Virus record (IMG/VR): IMGVR_UViG_3300008261_004773 | Coordinates: 32,830 to 96,829 of that record | Direction: 5' to 3' (one strand) | Length of the DNA: 64,000 nucleotides | DNA from: a virus | Shown: positions 37,501 to 48,219 of the stretch, piece by piece | Numbering within the stretch: position 1 is the first letter of the stretch | Layout of the letters: each line of letters starts with the position of its first letter | The notes under the pieces: model-generated | Seen by the model: only the letters and a program-made list of their open reading frames with translations | Database searches by the model: none | What the model was told of the DNA's origin: nothing | Made by a program: the position numbers and the translations under genes

Positions 37501-37743
37501 TGTGGGGTAATATTTTTGTATGTCCTCTGAGTTGAAGTGAATATATTTTTTAGTAACCCTATCGTATGTTGTAAATTGAGTAATTTTTACAGTATCGTTC
37601 TCCACATACCATGAAATAAAAGTCACGTGTTTTTTTATAACTTTCGATACCGAATCTATGATTTGTATGCTTTCGTCTTTTTTTTGTGAAAAAGAATTGA
37701 ATGAGATTAGAGATAAAATGATTATCAATATATTTTTCATCAT
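37369..37743 (-). CDS. Secreted hypothetical protein
   Basis: Bacteroidota-style signal peptide (..FNSFSQ); TATCTTTG upstream; C-terminus overlaps the convergent gene. Confidence 0.55.
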   Translation of the reverse strand: MMKNILIIILSLISFNSFSQKKDESIQIIDSVSKVIKKHVTFISWYVENDTVKITQFTTYDRVTKKYIHFNSEDIQKYYPTLNTTKIQFPLSGAHRSDVDNINRIQPIHFGYRPNFSTRRNTNR

Positions 37744-37913
37744 GTGGGTTTTGTGACAAAGATAAAGAAATTATCTATTGTATCAAAATATTTTCTTACT
37801 ATATTTATTTTTAGATTTTAGTTTATCAGTCCCCAGTCTTAACCACTGTTGAGTATTCACGGATACGATGGTATTGGTAACATAGTCAATCAACTATTGT
37901 AAAATTAAAAAAA

Positions 37914-38711
37914 ATGAATTACGCAACAAGTGTGAGTAATCCGACCGCTCACGTAACAAAAAGAAAGTCGAGACTTAAAGTATATGGTGGTGTAAACCTA
38001 TACATGAATGAAGGGGAAACATTCGAAATTGAACTCTACAACCCCAAAACAAATTCCATCTTAGCAAAGATCAAATTAAACGGAAAGTACATCTCCTCTA
38101 CAGGTATCGTCATAAGACCTGGTCAGAGACTGTTTTTAGAACGTTTTTTAGACACTAATAACAAGTTTGTATTCACTACCTACGAAGTGGAAGATAATCG
38201 TCCTAATAGGGATGTAATTGCATTTAACGGTAATGTAGAGATTGAGTTCTACGATGAATCAACAAAACCAATTTATCCTCACTTAGTTGGTGGTAGTTGG
38301 GGATCTAGTTGGACAACGATAAACACGGGGTCTCCTTGGTTAGGTGGAAATATAACATACACAACTAATAGTATGGGAGTTCCCACCAGTAATGTGAGTT
38401 CTTTCTACTCTAATACAACACCCGAAGGTCCAAATGTCAGGAGTAAATTTGATACATCAAGAACCCCTCTGAGAGGTTCAAAAAAATCAATTGAGACCGG
38501 AAGAATAGAAAAAGGTGAATCTTCGGATCAAACTTTCACAACCGTAAATGAGGAATTCTCTTCTTTTGTTTCACATAAAGTGACTTATAAAATTTTACCT
38601 ACAGGAACAAAAAACACTGAAGTGAAGGATATTGTGAATTATTGTTCTGAGTGTGGAAAAAAACAGAAGAAAGAATATAAATTCTGTCCTTCATGTGGTA
38701 ACAAACTATAA
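37914..38711 (+). CDS. Hypothetical protein with C-terminal zinc ribbon
   Basis: YCSECG...FCPSCG. Confidence 0.8.
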   Translation: MNYATSVSNPTAHVTKRKSRLKVYGGVNLYMNEGETFEIELYNPKTNSILAKIKLNGKYISSTGIVIRPGQRLFLERFLDTNNKFVFTTYEVEDNRPNRDVIAFNGNVEIEFYDESTKPIYPHLVGGSWGSSWTTINTGSPWLGGNITYTTNSMGVPTSNVSSFYSNTTPEGPNVRSKFDTSRTPLRGSKKSIETGRIEKGESSDQTFTTVNEEFSSFVSHKVTYKILPTGTKNTEVKDIVNYCSECGKKQKKEYKFCPSCGNKL

Positions 38712-38715
38712 ATTT

Positions 38716-38743
38716 AAAAGGGTCCCGTGAGACCCTTTTTTTT
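38716..38743. terminator. Bidirectional intrinsic terminator
   Basis: AAAAGGGTC-CCGTGA-GACCCTTTTTTT. Confidence 0.85.
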
Positions 38744-38955
38744 TATACTTTATGATCGATTATTCTGAGTGATCTTGAAATTGCTTCAGATTCTTTAATA
38801 TCATATAGACCATTCCTGAAAGCGTGTTGTAATGCTTCGGTCACTATCATTATAGCCTGTTCTTTTTTTAGGTTATCTAAGAATTTACCTAAAGATTCAT
38901 TATCGGTATATTGAATCGTGTCAAATAAGAAATACGACTGAGTTGATCCTGTCAT
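38743..38955 (-). CDS. Hypothetical protein
   Basis: 70-aa ORF ending at the terminator. Confidence 0.65.
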   Translation of the reverse strand: MTGSTQSYFLFDTIQYTDNESLGKFLDNLKKEQAIMIVTEALQHAFRNGLYDIKESEAISRSLRIIDHKV

Positions 38956-38988
38956 AATGTGTTTTTTTAATATTTATAATATAGAATT

Positions 38989-39583
38989 ATGATTGTAAAA
39001 ATAAATGAGACAACTAGAACCAAGGGTTCTGGAAGATATGAGATACCAATAGTAATGGGTCCCGAAGATTGGAAGAAAAGCAGTCTTCAACCCTTTACCA
39101 ACGCAGTTTCTAATTATGTGAGCCCTGAAAACTCTCACGATTCGTACGATGGTGATATGGACCGAGACCAAAAACAAATTACAAAAGACGAAAAGTTTTA
39201 TAAGAAGGTAAAAAAGATGTTGAGTCAAGCTTCGAATAGGAAAGATGATAAGGGTAACGATATTCATGGTTATCATCCTGAGACAGTAAAAAAATACAAA
39301 AAAAAGTTTAACATGAAAGAAGAAAAAGACATTGAAAAATCCACCATGTGGTAGACCTGAAGCCGAGGATAAGTCATACCCTAAATGTAGAGCCATGGGC
39401 GTTGCGAGAAGAATGTCTGACTCTCAAAAAAAATCTGCTTGTTCTCAGAAAAGGAGAGCAGAAAAAAAGGACACACAAACAGGTAGAGGTCAAAAACCTG
39501 TGATGACCTCTTATAAACCGAGAAAAGAAAGTTTGGAGAGTATTATAAAGAAAGTCCTTAAAGAATCAATCAAGTCTACCTAA
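38989..39583 (+). pseudogene. Single gene split by a frameshift near 39338 (ORFs 38989-39354 and 39332-39583)
   Basis: Protein-like reading switches frame from KEEKDIE to PPCGRPEA..YPKCR; no credible start for the second ORF. Confidence 0.6.
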
Positions 39584-39997
39584 GATAGTCTTAAGAGAAT
39601 GTTGAATATTTTTTCTTATTTCTATTTCTAATTCTTGTCGTCTATTTTCTAAGACCTGATCGAATTGTTGTGTGAGTCGGTCAAATTCCGTTGTATTTTG
39701 TAGATAAACACTGTAACTATAAACGTGATTAATAACATGGATGGTATAACTTTCCATCACAACATACATGTTTTTTTCCTCGTTTTTGATAATCCTCTTT
39801 CTTGAAATTGGGGAAAAACTAAGTTCGGATCCTGTGTTTGATATGAGTTTTTCACAAATTGCCGATGCCGAAATCTCTTCGTCTGAGGAGATTGGTTTGG
39901 GGTCGAATTTTTCTTTTAGGGTTAAAAACAACTTGTATAGTAGGTTGGGTATAATACCCACAACTTTTTCAGGTTTCATCTTGTAAATATAATTCAA
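39566..39997 (-). CDS. Hypothetical protein
   Basis: 143-aa ORF (start may be the ATG at 39979). Confidence 0.7.
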   Translation of the reverse strand: MNYIYKMKPEKVVGIIPNLLYKLFLTLKEKFDPKPISSDEEISASAICEKLISNTGSELSFSPISRKRIIKNEEKNMYVVMESYTIHVINHVYSYSVYLQNTTEFDRLTQQFDQVLENRRQELEIEIRKNIQHSLKTILGRLD

Positions 39998-40006
39998 AGA
40001 ATTGAA

Positions 40007-40331
40007 TTAACAATAGGTACCTGAGCAACGCTTGTTACCATCCAATCCTGCAATTCTTCCTTTGCAAACAGAAACCGCATAACCGTTAGCGTATGCTGAA
40101 GGATAAACTTTGAATTTTGCCTTAGCGGCTGCTTTACCTCTTGCACACAACTTAGTCCCTGCTTTCTTTCTTCCTTCTTGGATATCTTCATACTCAACAT
40201 AGGATTCCTGCTTCTTCATCTCATTCATGAAAAAATCAAAAACCTGAGTTTTCTAATTCTTGTTCTCTAAGTACCTTTTTTACTAAATCACCTAATTGTG
40301 ATTCTGTTAGTTTTACAATTTTTTGTGCCAT
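40007..40331 (-). pseudogene. Single gene split near 40247 (MAQKIVKLTESQL...ELEN / QVFDFFMNE...YPSAYANG..C)
   Basis: 31-codon ORF 40331-40236 couples to the upstream stop; coding continues in another frame. Confidence 0.6.
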
Positions 40332-41851
40332 TATTTCTTATTTACGATTTGGAATTTAAGTTGTTTTTTATAAGTATCTTTCTCACCACTAGTATTTACT
40401 CTGATATCAACAAAATACTCGTTAGGGATTTTATCTCTCATGTCGAATATGAAATAAAACTCATTTGGAGTTCTGTTAATTTTTGTCCAATTTTGAACTT
40501 GAACTTCAGTCTGACCTTCCATAACATAAACACGATAATACGCTTCGACATTTTGTAAAACGGTGTTTGATGTGTATGCTTTTTTAACCACAACACCAAC
40601 TTTTCTGATGTCAGTATTGAGTATCTTTTCATCTTGGTTGATACCATAGAAACTGAAACCGAATTTAGAAGGATCCTGAGATTGTGATCCAATAATAACA
40701 TTAGCTTGTAAAGGCTGTAATACAAATTGGTTTTTTACTGCGGGTAAACTTTCGCCATTCAAAATCAAGTCTGACCAATTATCATAGAAAATACAAGGTA
40801 CTGGATAGGATCCAAAATCATTGGGTACTGACACTTCATATACCCCTCTTGTTTTCAAACAAGTTGTTAAGTTTTCTAAACCTGGAACTACAACACCGTT
40901 ACCATCTAAAATGTCTACTGTTGGTAGGTCATCTAAGTTAGCGAAGTCACCGTTTTGATAAACATATAGGTATAATTTATTGATTCTTCCTTTAGTGAAA
41001 GTGTTTCTGTCATCATCAATCAGATCATCATAATTTGTGAGAAGATAGGGTTGATAGAATGTTTGTGTGTGTCTCGAAAAGAAAGCAACACTATAGTTTT
41101 CAGTTAACCCTGTAATATTTTCGATTTGAGGTAGATATGCAATCCCCCATCCTGTTACACCTGTTAGGGTTCCTTGAAGTATTGAATTTATTTCGGTGGT
41201 CATATCAAAATTGATATCTTCATTACCGAATTCAAAGTGTTGAACGTCTACAATAGTAAGTGCAGAATAGTTGCATCCTGTTAGTCCTGTCAGAGAGTTA
41301 GTGTTACTGTATATTCCATATTCAGACCAATTCTTGATGGTACTTCTTTGATACCAGTTTGATGGTCTATCCGAGAAGGCTTTGTCTGTGAAAATAACAT
41401 CAGGCGAAAATTGACCTGTTGCAGAGTTCCTTGTGGAATCAAAAGGGAAATAGTCATACCCCACACCTTCATCCCAAGTTTGAGGGTCCCCCGTTGTACC
41501 TGAAACTTTCGGGATTCTGAATAAAACTAAATCAAATGAAGTTGCTCTTCTTGCGCCGTCAGACATGTAGCCGTTAAGTAACTCCTCATCAAAAGATGAA
41601 GTGTTGGTCATAGTTAGGGTATGGGTGATTCCTGAGAACGAAGTACATCCTGTTGATATTTCACCTGTTGCAACCTTGTCAATAAGGGGTTGTAGGTCTA
41701 AATTAAAAATGAATCTTGAAAATCCTGCAGGAGGAATAATTTGTTGATCCGATCCGAAATTCAATTGCATCACAGGGTTTCTACCTGTATTTACAGTGTT
41801 ATTAGATACAATTGTATTGTTCTTATTGAAATATGATCTGAAAATTGACAT
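40331..41851 (-). CDS. Putative virion structural protein
   Basis: 506 aa beta-rich, WDEGVGYD motif, late-type motif upstream. Confidence 0.65.
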   Translation of the reverse strand: MSIFRSYFNKNNTIVSNNTVNTGRNPVMQLNFGSDQQIIPPAGFSRFIFNLDLQPLIDKVATGEISTGCTSFSGITHTLTMTNTSSFDEELLNGYMSDGARRATSFDLVLFRIPKVSGTTGDPQTWDEGVGYDYFPFDSTRNSATGQFSPDVIFTDKAFSDRPSNWYQRSTIKNWSEYGIYSNTNSLTGLTGCNYSALTIVDVQHFEFGNEDINFDMTTEINSILQGTLTGVTGWGIAYLPQIENITGLTENYSVAFFSRHTQTFYQPYLLTNYDDLIDDDRNTFTKGRINKLYLYVYQNGDFANLDDLPTVDILDGNGVVVPGLENLTTCLKTRGVYEVSVPNDFGSYPVPCIFYDNWSDLILNGESLPAVKNQFVLQPLQANVIIGSQSQDPSKFGFSFYGINQDEKILNTDIRKVGVVVKKAYTSNTVLQNVEAYYRVYVMEGQTEVQVQNWTKINRTPNEFYFIFDMRDKIPNEYFVDIRVNTSGEKDTYKKQLKFQIVNKK

Positions 41852-41870
41852 TAATCTTTTTCAATAAATA

Positions 41871-43367
41871 TCAATTGATTCGGATATTACTATTAAGGAT
41901 TTTTTGTGTTCCTTGTTGGATTTCTTGAAGAATGTCGGGAACTGAGGTTCCGTTTGTGGCGATCGATGTTGGTGGCATTTGATGGTAGGGATGAGAATGA
42001 CCTACTAAGAACTTGACAATCAGACTTAATAATTTCAATAATTCTTCACCTCTTACAGTGCTTGATGTGCTATTTATCAGATCGTCAGCGAACTTATCTT
42101 GACTAATTCCGTAAAGAGTTCCATCGAGATTGATTACCTGTTTTCCAGGTATTTGAGATTTATGGGACAATAAGTACAACATGTCAGCACCTACGGCACC
42201 GATAGATTGTGGAGTCGGAGTGTATTCGATTATAGGCTCAACCACTTTTTCAGGGCTATATTGTTGACCGTAGGCGTTTTTGAAGAAAACTAAACCTGAT
42301 CCTCTAACATTAGCACTTGCATTTGGTTTTACTTGAGTGTATAAGAAAGATACATTCGTGACAGTAGGGTCTGTTTGAGCTCCAGTGTTTACAGTTGAAG
42401 CCGAAGAACTAGTTGAGATATATTGAGATATAGTTTCTGCTGGTCTGAAGAAGAATGGTGTATCATTATTGTTATTATACCCCTGAAGAACCCCATTGAT
42501 TTTGAGAATCACATCTTGCATTGATAGATTTTCAATTTTTACGATTTCTTTCAAAACAGTATCACTATATTCTTTCGTCAAACTAAACTCATCGTTTGTA
42601 AGTGTAGTACCATTGAAGGTGTAGATATTAATTTCCCCATTAAACACATTGGCTTGGTTCTCAGGATTATACAACGTATATTCGATGAGATATTTCATGG
42701 GAAGAACGATCTCATTTAGTTTACGATATTTTTTAAAACCGTTCTGTCTTTTTGTTTGTGTGAATTGTGAGAGTTGAAAGAAAGCTCTTCCATTGTATCC
42801 GACTGGTAATTCACGTGGATTAGTACTGAAGGTTTTACCTGCTCTCAGCAAAACTTCGTTCTTTTTTACAATTAAATCGGCATTACCTCTACCCAAGAAT
42901 CCATTATCTCCTGGTTCGGGAAATATACCGGCACTTCTTGCGTCTTCATAGGTTCCTGTAAACTTATTTTTAATAGATGGGTATTGTTTGTATTGTATAC
43001 CCGTACCCAACATACTGTTGGCCCCTTGGTTATCCTGTCTACTCGTCAACATTGGTGACGAGAATGGACCTTGTATGTAAAACTGATTAGAATATTGTAC
43101 TCTTGGGTTCTGATAAATTATTTGTACTAACTCGGTAGCTTTCGGAGTTTGGCTTACGAAATATGGTAATAAAGGAAGGAACACAAATGGGTCTTTAGTA
43201 CTCCAAGGACCTTCGACAGGATCCCAATCAGGAATTGCGTTGTATATTGCCTGTACGTTATCGGTCTGAGCTGAAGCTCTGATTCTTCCAAGCATAAGAG
43301 GGTCTTGGTCATCGAAGACATTTGCTTGGAATATTATCTTGGAATAAATTAAATTACCGTCAGACAT
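41871..43367 (-). CDS. Putative baseplate hub/spike protein (gp5/VgrG OB-fold-like N-terminus)
   Basis: VFDDQDPLMLGRIRA, FLPLLP...P, C-terminal HSHPYH. Confidence 0.6.
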   Translation of the reverse strand: MSDGNLIYSKIIFQANVFDDQDPLMLGRIRASAQTDNVQAIYNAIPDWDPVEGPWSTKDPFVFLPLLPYFVSQTPKATELVQIIYQNPRVQYSNQFYIQGPFSSPMLTSRQDNQGANSMLGTGIQYKQYPSIKNKFTGTYEDARSAGIFPEPGDNGFLGRGNADLIVKKNEVLLRAGKTFSTNPRELPVGYNGRAFFQLSQFTQTKRQNGFKKYRKLNEIVLPMKYLIEYTLYNPENQANVFNGEINIYTFNGTTLTNDEFSLTKEYSDTVLKEIVKIENLSMQDVILKINGVLQGYNNNNDTPFFFRPAETISQYISTSSSASTVNTGAQTDPTVTNVSFLYTQVKPNASANVRGSGLVFFKNAYGQQYSPEKVVEPIIEYTPTPQSIGAVGADMLYLLSHKSQIPGKQVINLDGTLYGISQDKFADDLINSTSSTVRGEELLKLLSLIVKFLVGHSHPYHQMPPTSIATNGTSVPDILQEIQQGTQKILNSNIRIN

Positions 43368-43579
43368 TACGTTCTTTTTTCATACTCCTCCAAAATTGTG
43401 TTATAAGATTCCTCAATCTTGTCGAAATAGTGTGTTAGGTTTATTATCTCTTTTTTTATAAGTTCATGTTCAGAACTGAGATGTTGCATCATCTCAACCA
43501 ATTTTTTATTTGGTAGGCTTTTAAGGTCAGTGATACTTTCTTTTATCTCTTCGAATTTCATATTAGAATTTTTTACCAC
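43367..43579 (-). CDS. Small coiled-coil protein
   Basis: 64-70 aa ORF. Confidence 0.65.
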   Translation of the reverse strand: MVKNSNMKFEEIKESITDLKSLPNKKLVEMMQHLSSEHELIKKEIINLTHYFDKIEESYNTILEEYEKRT

Positions 43580-45210
43580 TCATTGTTAATTGTCCAGGTC
43601 TTCCTGAAGGAAGAATAATGTCAGGAGGTATTGCAACTTGTACAAATCCTGATGCTGCCTCTGATAATTCTTGACCTTTTTGTCTCGCAAGTTCGGCAAT
43701 CAAAGACAAGTTAGGGGTTCCGTCTGCAGATGGACCAGTAGGCAGACCGAACTTTTGTAATTGTTCGATAACACTTATAGTTGTACCCTCGGGGGTCGTC
43801 CCACCCAACAGAGGCGCAGCTAACATTAGAGGATATGGTATTCTCAAGTTCAAGTTTCTACCGATGATACTCAATAAACTCAATATGTTATCTATTAGTG
43901 ATTTACATTTTCTATAGTCATCAATTAGAATTGCAACCGCAACTACAACTTCCAAAAGAGATGCTATCATTGCGTATTGTTTGGCTATTTTAGATCTTGA
44001 TATTTCACCTAAAACCGATTGGACTAATTGGAGAATATCTCTTTTTATTATTTCAAAAAGTTCTTCAACAAATAATGCACCAACTTTAGAAACAAATGAT
44101 ATGAAAAATCGTTTGAATTTTATTTAGGTGATAAAACTGAAGCAACAATAGCTAAAGGAATTTTCGTGAGTAAATCTTCATCTATTTTTAACTTGACGTT
44201 AAAATCATTTGGTATTTTCAATTTCCATGATGGGTCGTCGGATGCTGAGTTCACTATTTTCTCAATGTTAGCTTGTAGAACCTTAGGATCATCAATATTT
44301 TCGGTGGTAATTGCGTCCACCATTTGATTTACGATGTTATTGAAATCAACGGTAACCTTAACATTATCACACTCTACAAATTCCAATGATCTTAATTGAA
44401 TATTTGATATTTGGTTTTGAATGATTGCTCTATCAACGTCGGTCATTTCAAAAAACGAATCGTCAACACCGTCCAATTCTGCAACCTTGGAAATACCACT
44501 TCTCCTACATTACCCAAAGACTCTCTGTTTTCTAATTTTACTTTGAAAAAGTCGCCAGTGACACCACGTGCATTCTGTGTTACATAACTAATATCGAATA
44601 ATTTCTGTTGAGACGAACCGTAGTATGGATTACCAAAGAATGCCGAAAAAGTCTGTCCTGGTGATTGTGTTCGGTTGTACAGTTCTTTATTCATCGCAAA
44701 AGGAAACTCGTTGTATATTGGAGTTTCTTTTTCATACAATAATTTTCCAATTGGAGAACTTGGATCTGTTTTCAGTTTTCCGAATATATCGATAACCTGA
44801 ACAGGAATATAAATTGAAGATGAAGGATTATATTTTTGTTCTTGTGAACATCCGACGGCTTTGAGCATTTCTTGCTCCATTATCTGTTTTATCTTAGGTT
44901 CACATCTTGTGTAGGCTTCCAAAAACTTCTTCTTGATCTCACCTATGAATCCTGTACCTGACCCAGCGTTTTCTTTGGCTAAACTTAAAAGATTCTGCAT
45001 TTGAGACTGACCCTGTCTTTGGTATCTCTTTTTTTGTTCCTTTAATTTTTCTAGAGGTGATAGGAGGTTTTTATCAAACTGATCAAAAGGTATCTTCTGA
45101 TTCGAGGACTCCAAATTTTTTGCGGCGTCAGAAATTTCTCTGAAGGTTTTCAGAGATTTGATTTTTTCTTGAGCTTTTTGGTAGGAATTATTTAAATCTA
45201 AAGAAGCCAT
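43563..45210 (-). pseudogene. One long gene broken at ~44500 and ~44121 (ORFs 44443-45210, 44120-44476, 43563-43970)
   Basis: Each downstream frame is open and protein-like right up to the junction (GISKVAELDGV; KFKRFFISFVSKVG, 50 codons before ATG 43970). Confidence 0.65.
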
Positions 45211-45216
45211 AATGGA

Positions 45217-45579
45217 TTATAGTTTGTACGATCCCTCGTCACTATCCACTTCTTTTTGAATTAAATTTTGAATTAAGTCGTCGTCCAAATCAGACAATGA
45301 AAAACTTTCCTGTTGACTATTGGACTTTTCCCAAATTGAGGATTGTAGTTTAGACAGGCTCAACTTTTTTTCAACACAATCATTGATGATTTTCTGTTGT
45401 TTTTCAATTACAGGGCCGATCGTTTGCATGTCTTGAGGATCCTTCATGAAAGTCAGCATCTTATTTTGAACTCTTATTGCAGTATTTCTTTGTTCTACAA
45501 GTTCATTGTAGATTTCTTGCATAAGAGACAAAATCGACTCTTTAGTAAAATTTATTTCTTTTCGTTGTGGACGAGGCAT
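45217..45579 (-). CDS. Hypothetical protein
   Basis: 120 aa, TATTTATA 4 nt upstream. Confidence 0.75.
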   Translation of the reverse strand: MPRPQRKEINFTKESILSLMQEIYNELVEQRNTAIRVQNKMLTFMKDPQDMQTIGPVIEKQQKIINDCVEKKLSLSKLQSSIWEKSNSQQESFSLSDLDDDLIQNLIQKEVDSDEGSYKL

Positions 45580-45598
45580 ATTCTATAAATACTGACTG

Positions 45599-46345
45599 TT
45601 AAATTTTCATTTTAGATTGAGTGAAGAGATATAGTTTCTTGAATCTTTTCATTGCACTTCTAATCTCCTTTGTACTCAGGTTTGTCATCTCCCTTAGTGA
45701 AAGAAGAATGACGTTTTTGTTGAACTTGTTGTTGTCCGCTCCTGAGAAAATCAATTCATAATTTTCGAATATTTCTATCAGGGCATATCCTAGTTTTTGT
45801 TCATTTTCATTGAGGGACTCCGTGTCGATGAAGGTTTTCAGATCGGTAAGATACTTTTTGATTAATCCTTCAACATCCATCAGATCTTCATCAATTCTGT
45901 AAATTAAATCAGGTCTTTCCTCCAAAGAAGAGGATATGTCTTCGTAAGAAACTTTTCTGTTAGTTTCTTTCTGATCTTTAATGATTTGACCCATCAAGTA
46001 GTTCTTGCAGATGGTACCGAAATAAGAATACGCTTTCTTATTTTTTGCAGGTTTGAACTTATCAACCTTGGTCATCAGGAACGAGTGGGTGTCCACATGA
46101 ATCTCGATAAAATCCATGTCCTTACGATATAGTTTATATCGTCTGATAATCGAAGAGATCATCTTATCAAGAGGGGCTCTCAAAAATTCGTTGTAGATTT
46201 TGTTCTTTTCCTCCATCGTTTCGGCGACAAGGAAATTTCTAACTGCGGTTTCTTCTCTTACATCGAAATAGTTTTCTTTGACTGCTTTTCTACCTCTTTT
46301 TTTGATTAGTGTTTCTTCTGTTTGACCAGAAAGAATTTCTAGCAT
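45599..46345 (-). CDS. Late-transcription sigma factor, T4 gp55-like
   Basis: NYFD near N-terminus and KFKPAKNKKAYSYFGTICKNYL sigma region-2-like motif. Confidence 0.7.
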   Translation of the reverse strand: MLEILSGQTEETLIKKRGRKAVKENYFDVREETAVRNFLVAETMEEKNKIYNEFLRAPLDKMISSIIRRYKLYRKDMDFIEIHVDTHSFLMTKVDKFKPAKNKKAYSYFGTICKNYLMGQIIKDQKETNRKVSYEDISSSLEERPDLIYRIDEDLMDVEGLIKKYLTDLKTFIDTESLNENEQKLGYALIEIFENYELIFSGADNNKFNKNVILLSLREMTNLSTKEIRSAMKRFKKLYLFTQSKMKI

Positions 46346-47151
46346 TATTCATTCGTTGTTTGGTATTTTATTGACCTGTCGTCAACGAAGAAATATTCTT
46401 TTTTGGCAGTCTGTAACCAAAACTTAACTTCGTCATCTGTAAGAACTGATTCACCGTTCTTATAATTCCAAAATATTGACCCTTCCCTCATGTTAGTGTG
46501 TTTGTATCCCAATCTTGGAATAGACATTATATTAACAGAGTTGTAAGTTAATCTCAACAAAAATTCATAAACGAATGTAAGTTTGATTGAGGGTTTGAAT
46601 CCACCGAAATCTTGTACTGCGCTTTTTCTTAGTACCATCCCTGCGGTTTGGAAGTTTGAATAATCATTTAATGTTTCATTAGTTAAATAACCAAGTTCTT
46701 GAGAAAAATTCGCGGCAAACGCTGCTTCGTTCGTGAAACCTTGAAACACTCCTTTATCATTAGTGTCTACTACTATTGGTAAAAATGCATCCACTGTTGG
46801 GTAGGCTTTCATGTATTTTTCTACATTCTTAAACCAAATACTAGAATACTCATCATCAAATTCGAAAAATGAGATCCACGGATTCTTTGATTTTTCGATA
46901 CCGAAATTCATTTGAGAACAGAAGTTTGGTTCTTTATCCCAAACGTATTTGTTCACGTTCAAATCTCCGAAATCGAAACTATTCAATAAGGTTACTAAAG
47001 ATTCCTCTTGTGTATGTACAATAACCAATTCATCTACTTGTAATTGTTGATTCTTAATTGATTGAATTGCTTTTGTAAAATAATCATTAAAGTCTCTAAC
47101 AACTGCGGACTTCAACGGAAGTATAATCGATACGTTTAATTTTTCTGACAT
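46345..47151 (-). CDS. Glycosyltransferase family 2
   Basis: VSIILP, NFGIEK, FFEFDD. Confidence 0.8.
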   Translation of the reverse strand: MSEKLNVSIILPLKSAVVRDFNDYFTKAIQSIKNQQLQVDELVIVHTQEESLVTLLNSFDFGDLNVNKYVWDKEPNFCSQMNFGIEKSKNPWISFFEFDDEYSSIWFKNVEKYMKAYPTVDAFLPIVVDTNDKGVFQGFTNEAAFAANFSQELGYLTNETLNDYSNFQTAGMVLRKSAVQDFGGFKPSIKLTFVYEFLLRLTYNSVNIMSIPRLGYKHTNMREGSIFWNYKNGESVLTDDEVKFWLQTAKKEYFFVDDRSIKYQTTNE

Positions 47152-47153
47152 AA

Positions 47154-48218
47154 TTAATTATTTTGTAATTTTTGTAGTTGATTTTCAAATGATTCTGCTC
47201 TCTTAAGTTGGTAGTCTTCGAAAAGTTTGGTCACCTCTTGATCGAACTTTGCAGTATCTGTGTACTTGTTTGCCGTTTCTTCCATCTTAACAAACATGTC
47301 TTCATTTAGGTTATCTTCTAACCAATTTTGAAGGAAATCTGATATGAAATCCACGATCATATTTTTGTCTGCGATCCAAACACCATTTTCTTCTGTCATC
47401 CACTCCGGCATCAAATCAGGAACTTTACCGATCACAGGAACACCACATTTCATAGACTCTAATGGGAAAGTACCAAAACTGCTTTCGTTATCAATCCACA
47501 CAGATAAACAACAGTCTTTCAAAGTATTTGCGAATTCAGTTTCACTCAATCCTCTCATATCTCTGAAAGTAATCCAACGATATTGTGGATATTTCAAATA
47601 GAAAGTTTTGATGATGTTGATCGTGTCCCTCTGTTCTTTTGTGTGGACAGCAACGATTGTTTTAGCGGGGAATTTAGATTTTTCAAAACATTCAGAAATC
47701 ACAGGCGTAATTACATCAAAGGTTACGTTCTTCATTACACTATTCACGTAATCTTTTTGTTTTGTGGTTGTGGTAATACATTTGTTGATTCCAAACTGAG
47801 ACCAGTTTTCACCTGGTTGAAGTGTTTCGAGTATTGTGGAATATGATTGTGATAATACAATTTTTCCTGCTGGAAGATTTTTAACTTGTGCTAAGACGTA
47901 ACCAAATATTTCAGGTACTACGATTAAGTCTTCAGGAGAAATTTCTAAATTTTGGTTTTCAATTGACTTATGTGGTAGATCTGTCATGAACTTTTCACCT
48001 AACCATTTACCCACACCAACGTAATCATTTTTTTCGTGTAGCATGATTGGATTGAATCCATTTGTTTTTAAAGACATTGCCATCTGATAAATGTATCTAA
48101 CAGATGCTTTGGCATTACCTTTAGTGTCTTGAACGAAGAAATAAATTTTCGCTCTTTTCTCTTTTAATTTGTTTATAGAAATTTGGACTTTGTCCAAGTT
48201 CAATACTTTTTGTTCCAT
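47154..48218 (-). CDS. GT-B fold glycosyltransferase
   Basis: IVVPEI, SSFGTFPLESMKCGVPVIG. Confidence 0.82.
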   Translation of the reverse strand: MEQKVLNLDKVQISINKLKEKRAKIYFFVQDTKGNAKASVRYIYQMAMSLKTNGFNPIMLHEKNDYVGVGKWLGEKFMTDLPHKSIENQNLEISPEDLIVVPEIFGYVLAQVKNLPAGKIVLSQSYSTILETLQPGENWSQFGINKCITTTTKQKDYVNSVMKNVTFDVITPVISECFEKSKFPAKTIVAVHTKEQRDTINIIKTFYLKYPQYRWITFRDMRGLSETEFANTLKDCCLSVWIDNESSFGTFPLESMKCGVPVIGKVPDLMPEWMTEENGVWIADKNMIVDFISDFLQNWLEDNLNEDMFVKMEETANKYTDTAKFDQEVTKLFEDYQLKRAESFENQLQKLQNN

Positions 48219-48219
48219 A

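Noticed and set aside
36328-44500. Programmed frameshifting or introns at the broken genes
   Set aside because: No common slippery heptamer, stimulatory structure or inserted sequence; missing sequence is simpler
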